DNA from: an uncultured Chloroflexia bacterium
GTDB taxonomy: Bacteria; Chloroflexota; Limnocylindria; Limnocylindrales; CSP1-4
Assembly: GCA_963819655.1 (NCBI GenBank)
Contig: CAWFXA010000002.1
Location: 1,696,001 to 1,760,000, forward strand
Direction: 5' to 3'
DNA length: 64,000 nt
Below the pieces are notes generated by a model that made no database searches, was not told the DNA's origin, and saw only the letters and a program-made list of their open reading frames with translations. This document shows, piece after piece, positions 1-12,009 of this stretch (within the stretch, counting starts at the first letter, position 1; the number at the start of each line of letters is the position of its first letter). A program made the translations under genes and the position numbers.

Positions 1-1
1 C

Positions 2-1362
2 GGGCGGCCGATGCTGGCGTATGTCCTCGACGCCTGGTCGGAGGCTGCCGGCGAGCCCGAGGGCGCGGGTGCGACTCGCCCGGTCGTCGTCTACTCCCCG
101 GCCGTCGACGCCATCCGCGAACCGTTCGCCGATCGGGCCGATTTCGCGCTCCAGGACGAGCCGCGCGGCACGGGCGACGCGGTGCGGGCCGCCCTGGCGG
201 CGGTCCCCGACGACCCGGCCGAGATCCTCGTGCTGTCCGGCGACGTCCCGCTGGTGACCAGCGAGGACCTGCGGGCGATCCTCGACGCGCGCCGGGAGGA
301 CGACGCAGCGATCGCCCTCGCGACGTTCTTTGCCGCCGACCCGGATCGGCTCGGCCGTGTCGTTCGCGGCGAGTTCGGCACGGTCGAAGCGATCGTCGAG
401 GCCAAGGATGCGACCGACGAGGAGCTCTTCAACAACGAGGTCAACGCCGGGCTGTACGTCTTTGACGCTGCCTGGCTCCGGCGCCGGATCGGCTCCCTCG
501 AGCCGTCGTCGACGACCGGCGAGCTGTACCTGACCGATCTCGTCCGACTCGCCCGGGAGGACGGGCGGCTCGTCATCGCCGTCGCGTTCGAGGACGACGG
601 TCGCTTCGATGGCATCAACGACCGGTCGCAGCTCGCCGCCGCCGAGTGGAACCTGCGTGTGCGCCGAAACGAAGAGCACATGCGCGACGGTGTGACGATG
701 CGCGACCCATCCACGGTCTATCTCGACTGGGACGTGCTGCTCGCGCGCGACGTCACCATCGAGCCGAACGTGGTCCTGCGCGGGGCGACGTCGGTCGGCG
801 AGGGGACTGTCATCGGTGCAGGCAGCCAGATCGTCGACTCCGCTATCGGACGAAACACGCGCGTCTGGGCGTCGATCGTCGAGTCCTCGACGGTCGAGGA
901 CAACGCGTCGGTCGGCCCGTTCAGCCACGTCCGGCCCGGCAGCGTCGTGGGCAGGGGTGCGGAGGTCGGCAACTTCGCCGAGCTCAAGAACGCCCACCTC
1001 GGCGCGGGATCGAAGCAGCACCACATGAGCTACCTGGGGGACGCCGAGATCGGCAAGGGCGTCAACATCGGCGCGGGCACCGTCACCGCCAACTACGACG
1101 GGACGCGCAAGACCCGGACGACGATCGGCGATGGTGCGTTCATCGGGGTCGACACGATGATCGTCGCGCCGCGCGACATCGGGAAGGGCGCCCGAACCGG
1201 CGCCGGGGCGGTCGTAACGAAGGACGTCCCGCCGGGCAAGCTCGCGGTCGGGGTACCGGCACGCATCCGCGAACCGCGCCCGAAACCTCCGCCGGATGTG
1301 GCGGCCGACGCCGACGCCACGGCCGGGGCCGACGCCACGACCGCTGACGGTGACGCCCCCAC

Positions 1363-1366
<4 letters not shown>
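2..1366 (+). CDS. glmU: Bifunctional UDP-GlcNAc pyrophosphorylase / glucosamine-1-phosphate N-acetyltransferase (5' truncated by window edge)
   Basis: GTGDAV, LSGDVPL, EVNAGLY, ELYLTD, GINDRSQL, hexapeptide repeats, HMSYLGDA, NIGAGTVTANYDG; frame open from position 2. Confidence 0.96.
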
Positions 1367-2696
<1,330 letters not shown>

Positions 2697-2700
<4 letters not shown>

Positions 2701-3722
2701 GCCGAGATCACCCCGACGATGATCTCCTCGAGGCGCGCTCGGGCCGCGGGCTCGACCACCCCCGCCGCGTCCAACTCGGCCAGCGCATCGTCGCGATAGC
2801 GGCGCGCGGTGTCACGCGTGTAGTCGCGCGCTCCGACCCGCTCCAGGATCCGCACGATCTCGGCGAGCTCCTCCTCGGACGGCCCCTTCGTCGCGTACAG
2901 CTCGAGCAACCGTGCCCGATCCTCCGGGCCGGCGTGCTCGACCGCATAGATGACCGGCAGCGTCTTCTTCTTGTGGGCGACGTCCGACGGTTCCTTGCCG
3001 GTCGTCTGTTCGGCGCCCCAGATCCCGAGCAGGTCGTCGTTGAGCTGGAACGCGATCCCGAGCGCCCAGCCGAACGCCCGATAGCGGCCGATGACCGCCT
3101 CGTCGTCGGTCGCCAGCAGCGCGCCGGCCTCGATCGAGGCGGCGATGAGCGCCGCTGTCTTCCGGCCGATCATGTCGAAGTAGGCGTCGACCGACATGAC
3201 CTCGTCCGACTCGCTCGTCGCGATGTCGATGTACTGCCCCTCGCACAGCGCCAGGCACGTCTCGTCGAAGAGGCGCATCAACCGGATGACCTTGGCGTCC
3301 GAGAAGCCGAGATCGGTCAGTCGATGGAGCGCGATCCGGGACAGGCTGAACAGCGTGTCGCCGGCGTTGATCGCCTGCGGGATGCCGTGGATCGACCACA
3401 GCGTGGGTCGATGGCGGCGCTCGGTGTCGCCGTCCTCGATGTCGTCGTGGACCAGGCTGAAGTTGTGACCGAGCTCGACCGCTGCCGCGCCGGGGAGTGC
3501 CTGGCGATGGTCGCCGGCGATCGAGGCATAGGCGAGCAGGCCGAGCAGCGGCCGCACCCGCTTGCCGCCGTTCGCGCCCTTCCCGTCAAGCGCCAGGTGG
3601 TAGCGGACCATCTCGTACAGGCCGTGGGTCGATGCGTCGCGATCGCGGACGAGCCGGACGATCTCGCCTTCCGTGTCGGCGATGAGGTCGTCGAGGTCCA
3701 GGTCAGGCGATGCGGTCGTCAT
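2697..3722 (-). CDS. Polyprenyl synthetase (short-chain GGPP synthase type)
   Basis: GGKRVRP, FARM NFSLVHDDIED with aromatic residue at -5, RRHRPT, GQYID, KTAAL, FQLNDDLL; start placed at MTTASP after a TACACT -10 box. Confidence 0.92.
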
Positions 3723-3946
3723 CGCGACCAGTGTACACCGAAACATGTCCGCCGGAAGTAGCCTGTTGATTGGGGGCGATATGACGCTCGGCGGGCACGG
3801 ATAAGCGCCGGTACGGGGGACGCGACCGTACCGGCGCCTGATTCGGATACGCAGCCGATGGCGATCCGGATGAATGGGAATTTCGGCTGTCGTGGGATAG
3901 GCCGAACGGCCGGATCCGCGCCGGTGGTGCTACCGTCCGGAGCGAG

Positions 3947-4711
3947 ATGCCCGTCCCCCGTCGCTACACCACGGACGCCATCGTCCTGTCGCGCTTCGAC
4001 CTCGGTGAGGCGGACCGTGTCCTGACCCTGATCACCCCTGGCGGCGGCAAGCTCAAGGCGATCGCCAAGGGCATCCGGCGACCCACCTCGCGGCTGGGCG
4101 GCAGCCTCGAGCCGTTTGCGGAACTGACGGTCGCGCTCGCGCGAGGACGAACGTTCGACGTCGTCACCCAGGTCAGCGTCGGGCATGCGTGGCTCAGGCT
4201 TCGCGACGACCTCGAGAGCGCCGCGACCGCCTGGTACCTGGCCGAGCTCGCCGACCGCTCGCTCGAGGAACGGCACGCCGCCGAGCCGCTGTACGCGCTC
4301 TTGCGCCGTGCCTACGAGCTACTCGACGCGGGCATGGCCCCGGGACGGGTGGCGCGCTGGTTCGAGATGCATCTGCTCGACGAGCTGGGCGTCCGCCCGG
4401 AGGTCGATCGCTGCGTCGAATGTGACCGGGTGCTGGAGTCCGACGAGCGTTTCCGCTGGGTGCCCCCACTCGGCGGCATCGTGTGCGAGCGCTGTCCAGG
4501 CCCCCCGCATGATCGGACCGGCGTCAGCCTCGAGGCGCTCAAGCTGCTCAAGGCCTACCAGCGCCTCGACATCGAGGCTCTCGCTGGTCTGCGCCTGACG
4601 GCCGCGGTGGAACGCGAGAGCGAGACTGCGCTGCGCGACTTCGTTCGCCACGTCCTGGAGCGGGAAGCGCGCTCGCTGGCTTTCCTCGACGAGGTTCGCG
4701 CCGTCACCTGA
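3947..4711 (+). CDS. recO: DNA repair protein RecO
   Basis: GEADRVLTLIT, AKGIRRPTSRLGGSLEPF, CxxC...CxxC zinc finger. Confidence 0.95.
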   Translation: MPVPRRYTTDAIVLSRFDLGEADRVLTLITPGGGKLKAIAKGIRRPTSRLGGSLEPFAELTVALARGRTFDVVTQVSVGHAWLRLRDDLESAATAWYLAELADRSLEERHAAEPLYALLRRAYELLDAGMAPGRVARWFEMHLLDELGVRPEVDRCVECDRVLESDERFRWVPPLGGIVCERCPGPPHDRTGVSLEALKLLKAYQRLDIEALAGLRLTAAVERESETALRDFVRHVLEREARSLAFLDEVRAVT

Positions 4712-5000
4712 CCCGGCACGGACCACGCCAGCGTCCCGCCGGGTGAGCCAGGACCAACGGGCCATGACCATGTGGTGCGCGGATGCACCACAAGTTGTGA
4801 CGGGTTTGGAGGGGTCGAGGCCGCATCCGTTAGGTCCGGGGCGGTCGAAATTGACGGAGAGATTACGCTTGATAGCGCATTCGTACTAGACCGGGGGGTC
4901 CCTCGCTGCCATGATGCGCGCGTCTCATTCGAGTCGATTCAGGGGGAATCCGCTGAGCGGCTCACGACCCGGGGATGCCCCGGAGCTTCAGGAGGTCCTC

Positions 5001-5837
5001 ATGCGGGGGTTTTCGACCGTGAAACGTCGACATCGTTCACCGACCCGGATCGCGCTCGTTGCGGCGACCGGTGTCCTTCTTCTGACGGCGGCGTTCGTGC
5101 CCGCCTCCCTGCTGGCCGCTGCGCCGACTCCGGCTGCGGGGTCCGCGACGGTCGATGGCAACACAGGCGATTGGTCGCTCGGCGCCGACTTCTTCGGTGA
5201 CATGAACGACGGCGTGGACGGCCATCCGGTCCGCGCCAAGTTCTACGCCAAGTACGACTGCGACGCAGAGGTCCTGTATGGCCTCGTCCTCGTCCAGGGC
5301 GATGAGAAGGCGCGTCAGGATCGACCGGACGAGGCCTACATCACGATCGACGGCAGCGGCAAGCTGACCGACCCGAGCGATGGCAACGACGGCACGCCCC
5401 CGGACTTCGCGTGGGTCAACGGTAACGGCACCCTGGCCGACGGGTGGGAGGCTTCCGGGCCGCTCGCTCCGGGTAGCTACACGATCCGCGTCCACGTCCT
5501 GGTCGCCGACGACAGCGCCGACGGCTACACGCCGATGGACCTGATCGGGCGCAACGTGCCGCTCGTGATCGAATGCGGCGGCGTCGCGCCGACGCAGGGC
5601 ACGCGCACCCCGACGCCGGATCCGCCCGGCGGTGGCGTCGCTCCGACGACGGGCACGCGTCCCGTGAACACCCTGCCGCCGACCGACACGATCGAGGGGT
5701 CCGCGACGAGCGGACCGGGCGGTGCCGGACTCGTGCTGCTGTTCCTCGGTCTGGGCTCGTTCGTCAGCCTGGTCGCGACCCGCGGTCGCCGCCGGCCTGC
5801 AGCGATCGAGGTCAAGGAGGACATCGACCGGCGATGA
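5001..5837 (+). CDS. Secreted surface protein with C-terminal LPPTD + TM + basic tail
   Basis: GGAGG RBS before ATG 5001; signal peptide; Pro/Thr linker; TLPPTDT, then a hydrophobic helix, then RGRRRP. Confidence 0.75.
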   Translation: MRGFSTVKRRHRSPTRIALVAATGVLLLTAAFVPASLLAAAPTPAAGSATVDGNTGDWSLGADFFGDMNDGVDGHPVRAKFYAKYDCDAEVLYGLVLVQGDEKARQDRPDEAYITIDGSGKLTDPSDGNDGTPPDFAWVNGNGTLADGWEASGPLAPGSYTIRVHVLVADDSADGYTPMDLIGRNVPLVIECGGVAPTQGTRTPTPDPPGGGVAPTTGTRPVNTLPPTDTIEGSATSGPGGAGLVLLFLGLGSFVSLVATRGRRRPAAIEVKEDIDRR

Positions 5838-5847
5838 CCCTCTAGCG

Positions 5848-7041
5848 GTGGCGCGCCTGACCCGCGCCGCCGCGATAGCAGCGGGGGCGGTCGCGTCCTC
5901 CGCCGCATTCCTGGCCGGCGCCGCCGCTCTCGGTGGCGCCGCGTCCGGACTCATCGAACGCCGCCGTAACCGCGTCCTCCAGCCCGGTCCGTACCACGCG
6001 TCGGGCCGGGCTCTCGCTGTGCACCGTGGGCTGACCGTCGTCGACCTGCACGCCGACTCCCTGTTGTGGGGTCGCGACCTCCGCCGCCGCGCGTCGTTCG
6101 GGCACGTCGACGTGCCGCGCCTGGTCGAGGGCGGCGTCGCGATCGTCGGGATGGCAGCCTCGACGAAAGTGCCGCGTCGGGTGAACCTCGACCGCAACGA
6201 CGATCGGACCGACGACGTCACCCTGCTCGCACTCGCCCAGCGCTGGCCGAGGGCGACCTGGAGCAGCACACTGGCTCGGGCCGTCTATCTCGCGTCCCGA
6301 CTCCGAACGATGGCCGCCGGATCCGCCGGCGCCCTGACCCTGATCGAAACACGTGCCGACCTGGACGCCTACCTCGCTCGCCGGGCGATCGACCCCGCGA
6401 TCACGGCCGCGTTCCTCGCGATCGAAGGCGCGCAGGTGCTCGAGGACGACATCGCGAACCTCGACATCCTCGTCGCCGCCGGCTACCGGATGCTGTCGCC
6501 GGCCCACTTCTTCGACACGGCGTATGGCGGTTCCGCGCATGGCATGGTCAAAGGCGGGTTGACGCCGGCGGGGCGCGATCTCCTGTCGCGCATGGAAGCG
6601 AGCGGCGTGATCATGGACGTCGCGCACGCGTCGTCGGCGACGATCGACGACATCCTGTCGATCGCCGTGAGGCCGATCGTCGCCTCGCACACCGGTGTGC
6701 GCGCGGCGGTCCCGGGTGTCCGGAACCTCCCCGACGACCAGGTCCGCGGGATCGCCGCGACCGGCGGGCTGCTCGGTATCGGGTTCTGGCCCGTTGCCTC
6801 CGGCGGCGATGACGTCGCCTCGATCGCGCGGTCCATCGTCAGCGCCATCGAGCTCGCCGGCGTCGAGCACGTCGGGCTTGGTTCCGACTTCGACGGCGCC
6901 GTTCCGACGCCTTTCGACGCGACCGGGATGCCATTGCTCACCGAGGCGCTGCTAATCGAGGGGCTATCCGAGGAAGACATCGGCGCAGTCATGGGCGGCA
7001 ATGCCATCCGCGTGCTCGCCGCGACGCTGCCGACTGATTGA
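5848..7041 (+). CDS. Membrane dipeptidase (peptidase M19)
   Basis: DLHADSL, HVDVPRL, IEGA, MDVAHAS, ASHTG, RNLPDDQ, GLGSDFDG, MGGNAIRV; GTG start inferred. Confidence 0.9.
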   Translation: MARLTRAAAIAAGAVASSAAFLAGAAALGGAASGLIERRRNRVLQPGPYHASGRALAVHRGLTVVDLHADSLLWGRDLRRRASFGHVDVPRLVEGGVAIVGMAASTKVPRRVNLDRNDDRTDDVTLLALAQRWPRATWSSTLARAVYLASRLRTMAAGSAGALTLIETRADLDAYLARRAIDPAITAAFLAIEGAQVLEDDIANLDILVAAGYRMLSPAHFFDTAYGGSAHGMVKGGLTPAGRDLLSRMEASGVIMDVAHASSATIDDILSIAVRPIVASHTGVRAAVPGVRNLPDDQVRGIAATGGLLGIGFWPVASGGDDVASIARSIVSAIELAGVEHVGLGSDFDGAVPTPFDATGMPLLTEALLIEGLSEEDIGAVMGGNAIRVLAATLPTD

Positions 7042-7145
7042 TCAGCGCATCACCTGCCGGTCCGCCACGTCACGCGAACGTTCGTCCCGCACGCATCGAC
7101 CCGACCCGTCGATCAGCCCGGCTGCCGTCGAGCGCGGGGGCCCGG

Positions 7146-8804
7146 TTATCGCGCGGCCGCGGCTGGGCTCGGGGCGACCTCGGCCGGGGCGGCCTCCGCC
7201 CGACTCGAGTAGGCCATGCTCTGGATCGAAGCAAACCCGCCGACGTGCGCGGAGACGATAACCACCACACGATCAGAAGAGGCTGCAATGTCTGAGCCGA
7301 TGTACTCATCCGCATCCGGCATCGTGGGCAGACCGCTCTCCCGTCGCCAGGCGACACCGTCGTCGCTCCGCCACAGCTCGAGATCGAACGCTCCTTGGCT
7401 TTGATCCACTCTCGTGCCGATCGCGAACTGTTGCCCGCGGCTGGATGCGATCGCCTCCAGAGCGGGTGCTCCTGTCACGGCGACCGACGTCCACCCGGTG
7501 CCTTCAGTGGATGTCACGGCGACACCTAAGCAGTCTGGCTGGCAGATCGAGCCGACGGCGATGAGTCCAGCTGCGCCGACCGCGACACCAGACAGGTAGC
7601 CGTCGAAGTCCAGTCCCGCATCCGCGCGACGCCACGTCAGGCCATCGAGCGAGGTCCAGGCCGCAGCCCGACCCGGGCCGGCGGCACCGTTCATGGCCCG
7701 GCCCACGGCGACGAAGCCCGTAGGCGTGGACGCGACATCGAGCATCCCGCCACAGGTCGGCTCTTCGCCCGTGTCGAAGCACAGCCCGACGTCCATGTCA
7801 TCGGAGTCCGTGGCACGGGTCCAGTCGACGCCGTTGGGTGAGGTCCACGCCGCAGCGTGCGCCGGCCCCAGTTGCCCATCCCCAGCAAGCGTCTGCGCGT
7901 AGCCGGCCATGACGTAGGCCCGATCGTCTGCCGTGATCGCGACGATCGGGCTGGAGAACCGATCGATGATGCCCGGCCCGAGATCGAGATGGACGCGCTC
8001 CCAGATCTGCCCATCGGCCGATCGCCAGACCGCCGGACCGCTCGTACAGGGGGCGACGGCACAGGCGGAACGTGGCGGGTTGTAGTCATATCCAACGGCG
8101 ACGAGGCCGGCCGGACCGTTCGCTACGTCGTAGATGGACCTCTCCGGCCCGCTTGTCGGCACCGAGAGGCCCATCTCGAGGCCGGGCTGGTTGGGGGCGG
8201 CGGTCCAACCCGCGCCGCCCACATCCGTCCAGGCGGCTCCGTAACAGGCGGTCGGGTCGCTGAAGTTCGGGAGGCATTCACCGCGGCCTACACCGACAAC
8301 GGTGGTTCCAGCGATGGTGACAGCCGAGATGTAGCGCCCCGTCCCACTGTCCTCGATCCCATGCGCCTCCCATGTCTCGGCGATCGTGGCCGTGGGAGCC
8401 GCGGGCCGGGGAGTGACGACGGCCACCGGCGGCGTCCGTATCACCGTCGTCGGCGGGTCGTTCTCAGCCGCGCGCCGGAGATAGGAGCCGACGGCGCTGG
8501 CCCCGAGGATCGCTACGAGGGCGAGGACCGCGGCGGCCAGGAGGACGTACCGCTGGGACCTGCCGCTCTGGCGGGAGATCGTAGCCGCGACCGCCTGATC
8601 GACCCGGCGGCTGGGCATCAAGTCGAGCGGCTGGGCGAGATCGAAGGCGTCGGTCCGCATCGCAGCTGCGGTGCGCGCGCAGGCGGGACACCCGGCGAGG
8701 TGGGTCTCGAGCTCGGCGGCCTGTGACGCCGTCAATGGGCCATCGATGGCGCTCGCAGCGAGCTCCAGCGTGCGGTCGTGGATGCGGCGATCAGCGAGAG
8801 TCAT
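7146..8804 (-). CDS. Zinc-finger (ZAS, HxxxCxxC) anti-sigma factor with extracellular Asp-box propeller
   Basis: HLAGCPAC, single TM helix, repeats of W-x-S-x-D/N-G-x-x-W; overlaps the sigma stop codon. Confidence 0.82.
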   Translation of the reverse strand: MTLADRRIHDRTLELAASAIDGPLTASQAAELETHLAGCPACARTAAAMRTDAFDLAQPLDLMPSRRVDQAVAATISRQSGRSQRYVLLAAAVLALVAILGASAVGSYLRRAAENDPPTTVIRTPPVAVVTPRPAAPTATIAETWEAHGIEDSGTGRYISAVTIAGTTVVGVGRGECLPNFSDPTACYGAAWTDVGGAGWTAAPNQPGLEMGLSVPTSGPERSIYDVANGPAGLVAVGYDYNPPRSACAVAPCTSGPAVWRSADGQIWERVHLDLGPGIIDRFSSPIVAITADDRAYVMAGYAQTLAGDGQLGPAHAAAWTSPNGVDWTRATDSDDMDVGLCFDTGEEPTCGGMLDVASTPTGFVAVGRAMNGAAGPGRAAAWTSLDGLTWRRADAGLDFDGYLSGVAVGAAGLIAVGSICQPDCLGVAVTSTEGTGWTSVAVTGAPALEAIASSRGQQFAIGTRVDQSQGAFDLELWRSDDGVAWRRESGLPTMPDADEYIGSDIAASSDRVVVIVSAHVGGFASIQSMAYSSRAEAAPAEVAPSPAAAAR

Positions 8805-9376
8805 GCCTGATCCTCCGCGGCATCGAGGAGCTTACGCAGCTGGACCCGGGCGCGGCACATGAGTGTCCGGGTGGCGCCCTCGGTCCGGCCGATCGAGGCG
8901 GCGATCTCACTGCCGGCGAAGCCATGGGCGGCGAGTAGCAGGGCCGCTCGTCCGTCTGGCGCGAGAGCCGCCAGGGCGACGTGGAGCTCGGAGTCCCCCT
9001 CGACCCGGAGGGTCTCGCCCTCCGGGCGTATTGGCTCGCTGCGATCGACGAGACGTGGCAACAAACGGGTCAGACTTGCCCGGCGGCGTGAGCGGCTGAT
9101 CGCTGCGTTGGAGGCCGTCCGGTAGAGCCATGGCCGAATCCGATCGGGCATCCGTCCGGCACGGGCCTCGCCGATCAAGCTGATGAAGGTCTCCTGGAGG
9201 ATGTCCTCAGCCGCCTCACGGTCGCGCGTCATCCGGAAAAGAAAGCCAAGGATCTCTGATCGGCTGTCCTCGTAGACGGCAGTCAGGGTGAGGTCATCGG
9301 CGCGCCCGCCCCGCCGCGGCCGCTCGAGGGCCGGTCGCTGTTCGGCGGGCTTCACGGGCGCCGGCATCTCGGTCAC
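8801..9376 (-). CDS. ECF RNA polymerase sigma factor
   Basis: AEDILQETF, WLYRTASN, region-4 HTH SEIAASIGRTEGATRTLMCRAR. Confidence 0.9.
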   Translation of the reverse strand: MTEMPAPVKPAEQRPALERPRRGGRADDLTLTAVYEDSRSEILGFLFRMTRDREAAEDILQETFISLIGEARAGRMPDRIRPWLYRTASNAAISRSRRRASLTRLLPRLVDRSEPIRPEGETLRVEGDSELHVALAALAPDGRAALLLAAHGFAGSEIAASIGRTEGATRTLMCRARVQLRKLLDAAEDQA

Positions 9377-9382
9377 GCACCT

Positions 9383-9412
9383 AGAACGAGCAGGTGGATC
9401 ATCTTGTTACCG
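9383..9412 (-). promoter_or_regulatory. ECF-type promoter GGTAAC-N17-CGTTCT, probably autoregulatory and leaderless
   Basis: Matches the AAC...CGT ECF promoter pattern; ends 6 nt before the GTG of the sigma gene. Confidence 0.55.
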
Positions 9413-9530
9413 GCGATCATCGGAAAAGAACCCTTGCTCCTTGCCATTGCGACCGCTCGCTACTGGTAGCATCGGGTTTCACCCATCCCGCGCGGCCATG
9501 CCACGGTCGCGTATCAGCGGAGACCCTCCC

Positions 9531-10943
9531 GTGACCACACGTATCGTCGATCCGGACGACGTCGCCCCGGCCGTCGCCGACCTCGACACGATCGTGTCGC
9601 TATCGAAGCGACGCGGCTTCATCTATCCATCGTCCGAGATCTACGGCGGCATCAACGCCGTGTGGGATTACGGGCCGCTCGGTGTCGAGCTCAAGAACAA
9701 CGTCAAGAGGGCGTGGTGGCGTGCCATGGTCCAGGAGCGCGACGACATCGTCGGGCTCGACGCCGGCATCCTCATGCACCCCCAGGTATGGGTGACCTCC
9801 GGGCACGTAGGCTCGTTCAGCGACCCGCTCGTCGAATGCCAGACCGACCACCGGCGATTCCGCCTCGACGAGCTGCCGGGTGCCGAGGGCTTGTCCGCGT
9901 CGGAGCTGCAGGACCCGGGGATCGTCGAGCGGCTCGGTTTGCGCTGCCCCGTGGACGGCGGGCCCCTGTCTGCCCCACGGCGCTTCAACCTGATGTTCAA
10001 GACGTTCATGGGGCCGGTCGAGGACGAGGCAGCGGTCATCTACCTGCGGCCCGAGACGGCGCAAGGCTCGTACGTCAACTTCAAGAACGTCCTGCAGTCG
10101 TCGCGCAAGAAGCTGCCGTTCGGCATCGCCCAGGTCGGCAAGTCGTTCCGCAACGAGATCAGCCCGGGCAACTTCGTCTTCCGGATGCGCGAGTTCGAGC
10201 AGATGGAGATGCAGTACTTCGTCCGGCCCGAGGCCGAAGCCACTGCCGCATTCGAGACTTGGCTGCCCGCGCGACGCGCATGGTACGAGCGGCTCGGGGT
10301 CGACCCGTCACGCCTGCGGCTGCGCGAGCACGCGCCCGACGAGCTCGCGCACTACGCGAAGAAGGCGGTCGACGTCGAATACCGCTTCCCGTTCGGGTGG
10401 AAGGAGCTCGAGGGCGTCCACAATCGCGGCGATTTCGACCTTTCGCGCCACTCCGAGGCGAGCGGCGAGAAGCTCGAGTACTTCGACCAGGCGACTGGCG
10501 AGCACCTGATCCCGTGGGTGGTCGAGACGGCGGCCGGCGCCGACCGTGCCGCCTTCACGTTCCTCATCGACGGGTACCGCGAGGAGGAGGTCCGCGGCGA
10601 GACGCGTGTGTCACTCGCGCTCCACCCGGAGCTCGCGCCCTACAAGGTCGCGGTGCTGCCGCTGCTCAAGAAGCGCCCCGAGATCGTCGAGCTGTGCCAC
10701 AGGATCAAGGCCGACCTGCAACGGCACACCATGGCCGTCTACGACGACACCGCCGCGATCGGCAAGCTGTACCGCCGCCAGGACGAGATCGGCACGCCGT
10801 GGTGCGTCACGGTCGACGTGGAGTCGCTGGAGGATGGGGCGGTGACGGTGCGCGACCGCGATTCGATGGAGCAGGAGCGCGTGCCGGTCGAGGGCGTGAC
10901 GCGGCTCATCCTCGATCGGCTCGAGGCGGCGCGCGCGGGATGA
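9531..10943 (+). CDS. glyQS: Glycine--tRNA ligase (alpha2 type)
   Basis: KRRGFIYPSSEIYGG, WDYGPLGVELK, YLRPETAQG, FRNEISPGNFVFRMREFEQME, IGKLYRRQDEIGTP. Confidence 0.96.
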   Translation: MTTRIVDPDDVAPAVADLDTIVSLSKRRGFIYPSSEIYGGINAVWDYGPLGVELKNNVKRAWWRAMVQERDDIVGLDAGILMHPQVWVTSGHVGSFSDPLVECQTDHRRFRLDELPGAEGLSASELQDPGIVERLGLRCPVDGGPLSAPRRFNLMFKTFMGPVEDEAAVIYLRPETAQGSYVNFKNVLQSSRKKLPFGIAQVGKSFRNEISPGNFVFRMREFEQMEMQYFVRPEAEATAAFETWLPARRAWYERLGVDPSRLRLREHAPDELAHYAKKAVDVEYRFPFGWKELEGVHNRGDFDLSRHSEASGEKLEYFDQATGEHLIPWVVETAAGADRAAFTFLIDGYREEEVRGETRVSLALHPELAPYKVAVLPLLKKRPEIVELCHRIKADLQRHTMAVYDDTAAIGKLYRRQDEIGTPWCVTVDVESLEDGAVTVRDRDSMEQERVPVEGVTRLILDRLEAARAG

Positions 10944-11917
10944 CCGCGGCCGACGCGATCAGCCGGTCCGTTGGCGCGTGGCTGGAGACGCTCGATCGCG
11001 ACCAGCGGTCGCGAGCCGTGTTCCCGTTCGACACCGGCGAGCGCATGATCTGGGCGTACACCCCCGGAGAGCGCGCGGGCCTCGCGCTGGCGGACATGCG
11101 ACCCGGTCAGCGAACTGGCGCCATGCGGATCGTCGCCGCGGCCATGAGCGAGCGCGGCGCACGGGAGGTCGCGGACATCATCGCCCTCGAGACGATCCTC
11201 GGGGCGCTCGAGCAGGAAGGGGGTCGCGGCGGCTGGCTGCGGCGCGACCCGGAGAAGTACTGGTTCGCCGTCTTCGGCGACGCGGCGGGCGACGAGCCAT
11301 GGTCGTGGCGGATCGGCGGGCACCATATCGCGATCCAGCTGACGCTCCTCGGGCAGCGGGTCGTCGGCAGCACACCGTCGTTCCTGGGCGCCAACCCGGC
11401 GGTCGTCCCGAGTGGCCCTCGTTCTGGCGCGCGAGCGCTCACCGGGGAGGAGACACTCGCCCGCGAGCTGTTGCTGAGCCTGCCGCCGGATGTGCGGGCC
11501 ATCGCGGTGGTCGATCCCGTCGCACCGCCGGACATCATGAGCGGCAACGGCGCGCGCGCCGACATGCGCTCGATCCCGAGCGGGATCCGCTACGACGCAC
11601 TCGGGCGCGCCGAACAGGAAGGGCTGGAACGGCTGATCGGCCTCTACGTCGGGCGCGTGGCGGAGGACATCGCTGCGGCCGAGTGGGCGCGGATCGAAGA
11701 AGCGGGGCTCGGCGCGACGACGTTCGCGTGGGCGGGCCCGGCGGAACCGGGTCGCGGCCACTACTACGCGATCCGCGGGCCCGAGTTCCTGATCGAGTAC
11801 GACAACACCCAGAACGACGCGAACCACATCCACGCGGTCTGGCGCGACCTGACGAACGACTGGGCTGCAGACGCCTTGGCGGCGCACTACGGTTCGCATC
11901 ACGCGCGCGGCTCATGA
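10940..11917 (+). CDS. DUF3500 domain protein
   Basis: WSWRIGGHHIA, TPSFLGANP, FAWAG, YYAIRGPEFLIEYDNTQNDANHIHAVWRDLTNDW; ATGA coupling to glyQS. Confidence 0.88.
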   Translation: MTAADAISRSVGAWLETLDRDQRSRAVFPFDTGERMIWAYTPGERAGLALADMRPGQRTGAMRIVAAAMSERGAREVADIIALETILGALEQEGGRGGWLRRDPEKYWFAVFGDAAGDEPWSWRIGGHHIAIQLTLLGQRVVGSTPSFLGANPAVVPSGPRSGARALTGEETLARELLLSLPPDVRAIAVVDPVAPPDIMSGNGARADMRSIPSGIRYDALGRAEQEGLERLIGLYVGRVAEDIAAAEWARIEEAGLGATTFAWAGPAEPGRGHYYAIRGPEFLIEYDNTQNDANHIHAVWRDLTNDWAADALAAHYGSHHARGS

Positions 11918-12009
11918 CGTTGGCACTCAGGTCGTAGACTCGGTTCCGGTCTGCGGCTCTCCGCGCGGTGCCTACCGTTCGGATCGGCCTCGGACGAGGG
12001 AGGTATGCC

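Noticed and set aside
4931-4983. Possible c-di-AMP riboswitch in the surface-protein leader (GGGGAATC)
   Set aside because: Two hairpins are present, but the conserved GTCAGCTAAC-type segment is missing
9662-11917. 751-aa ORF overlapping glyQS
   Set aside because: Alternative-frame read-through; the real DUF3500 gene starts at the ATG at 10940
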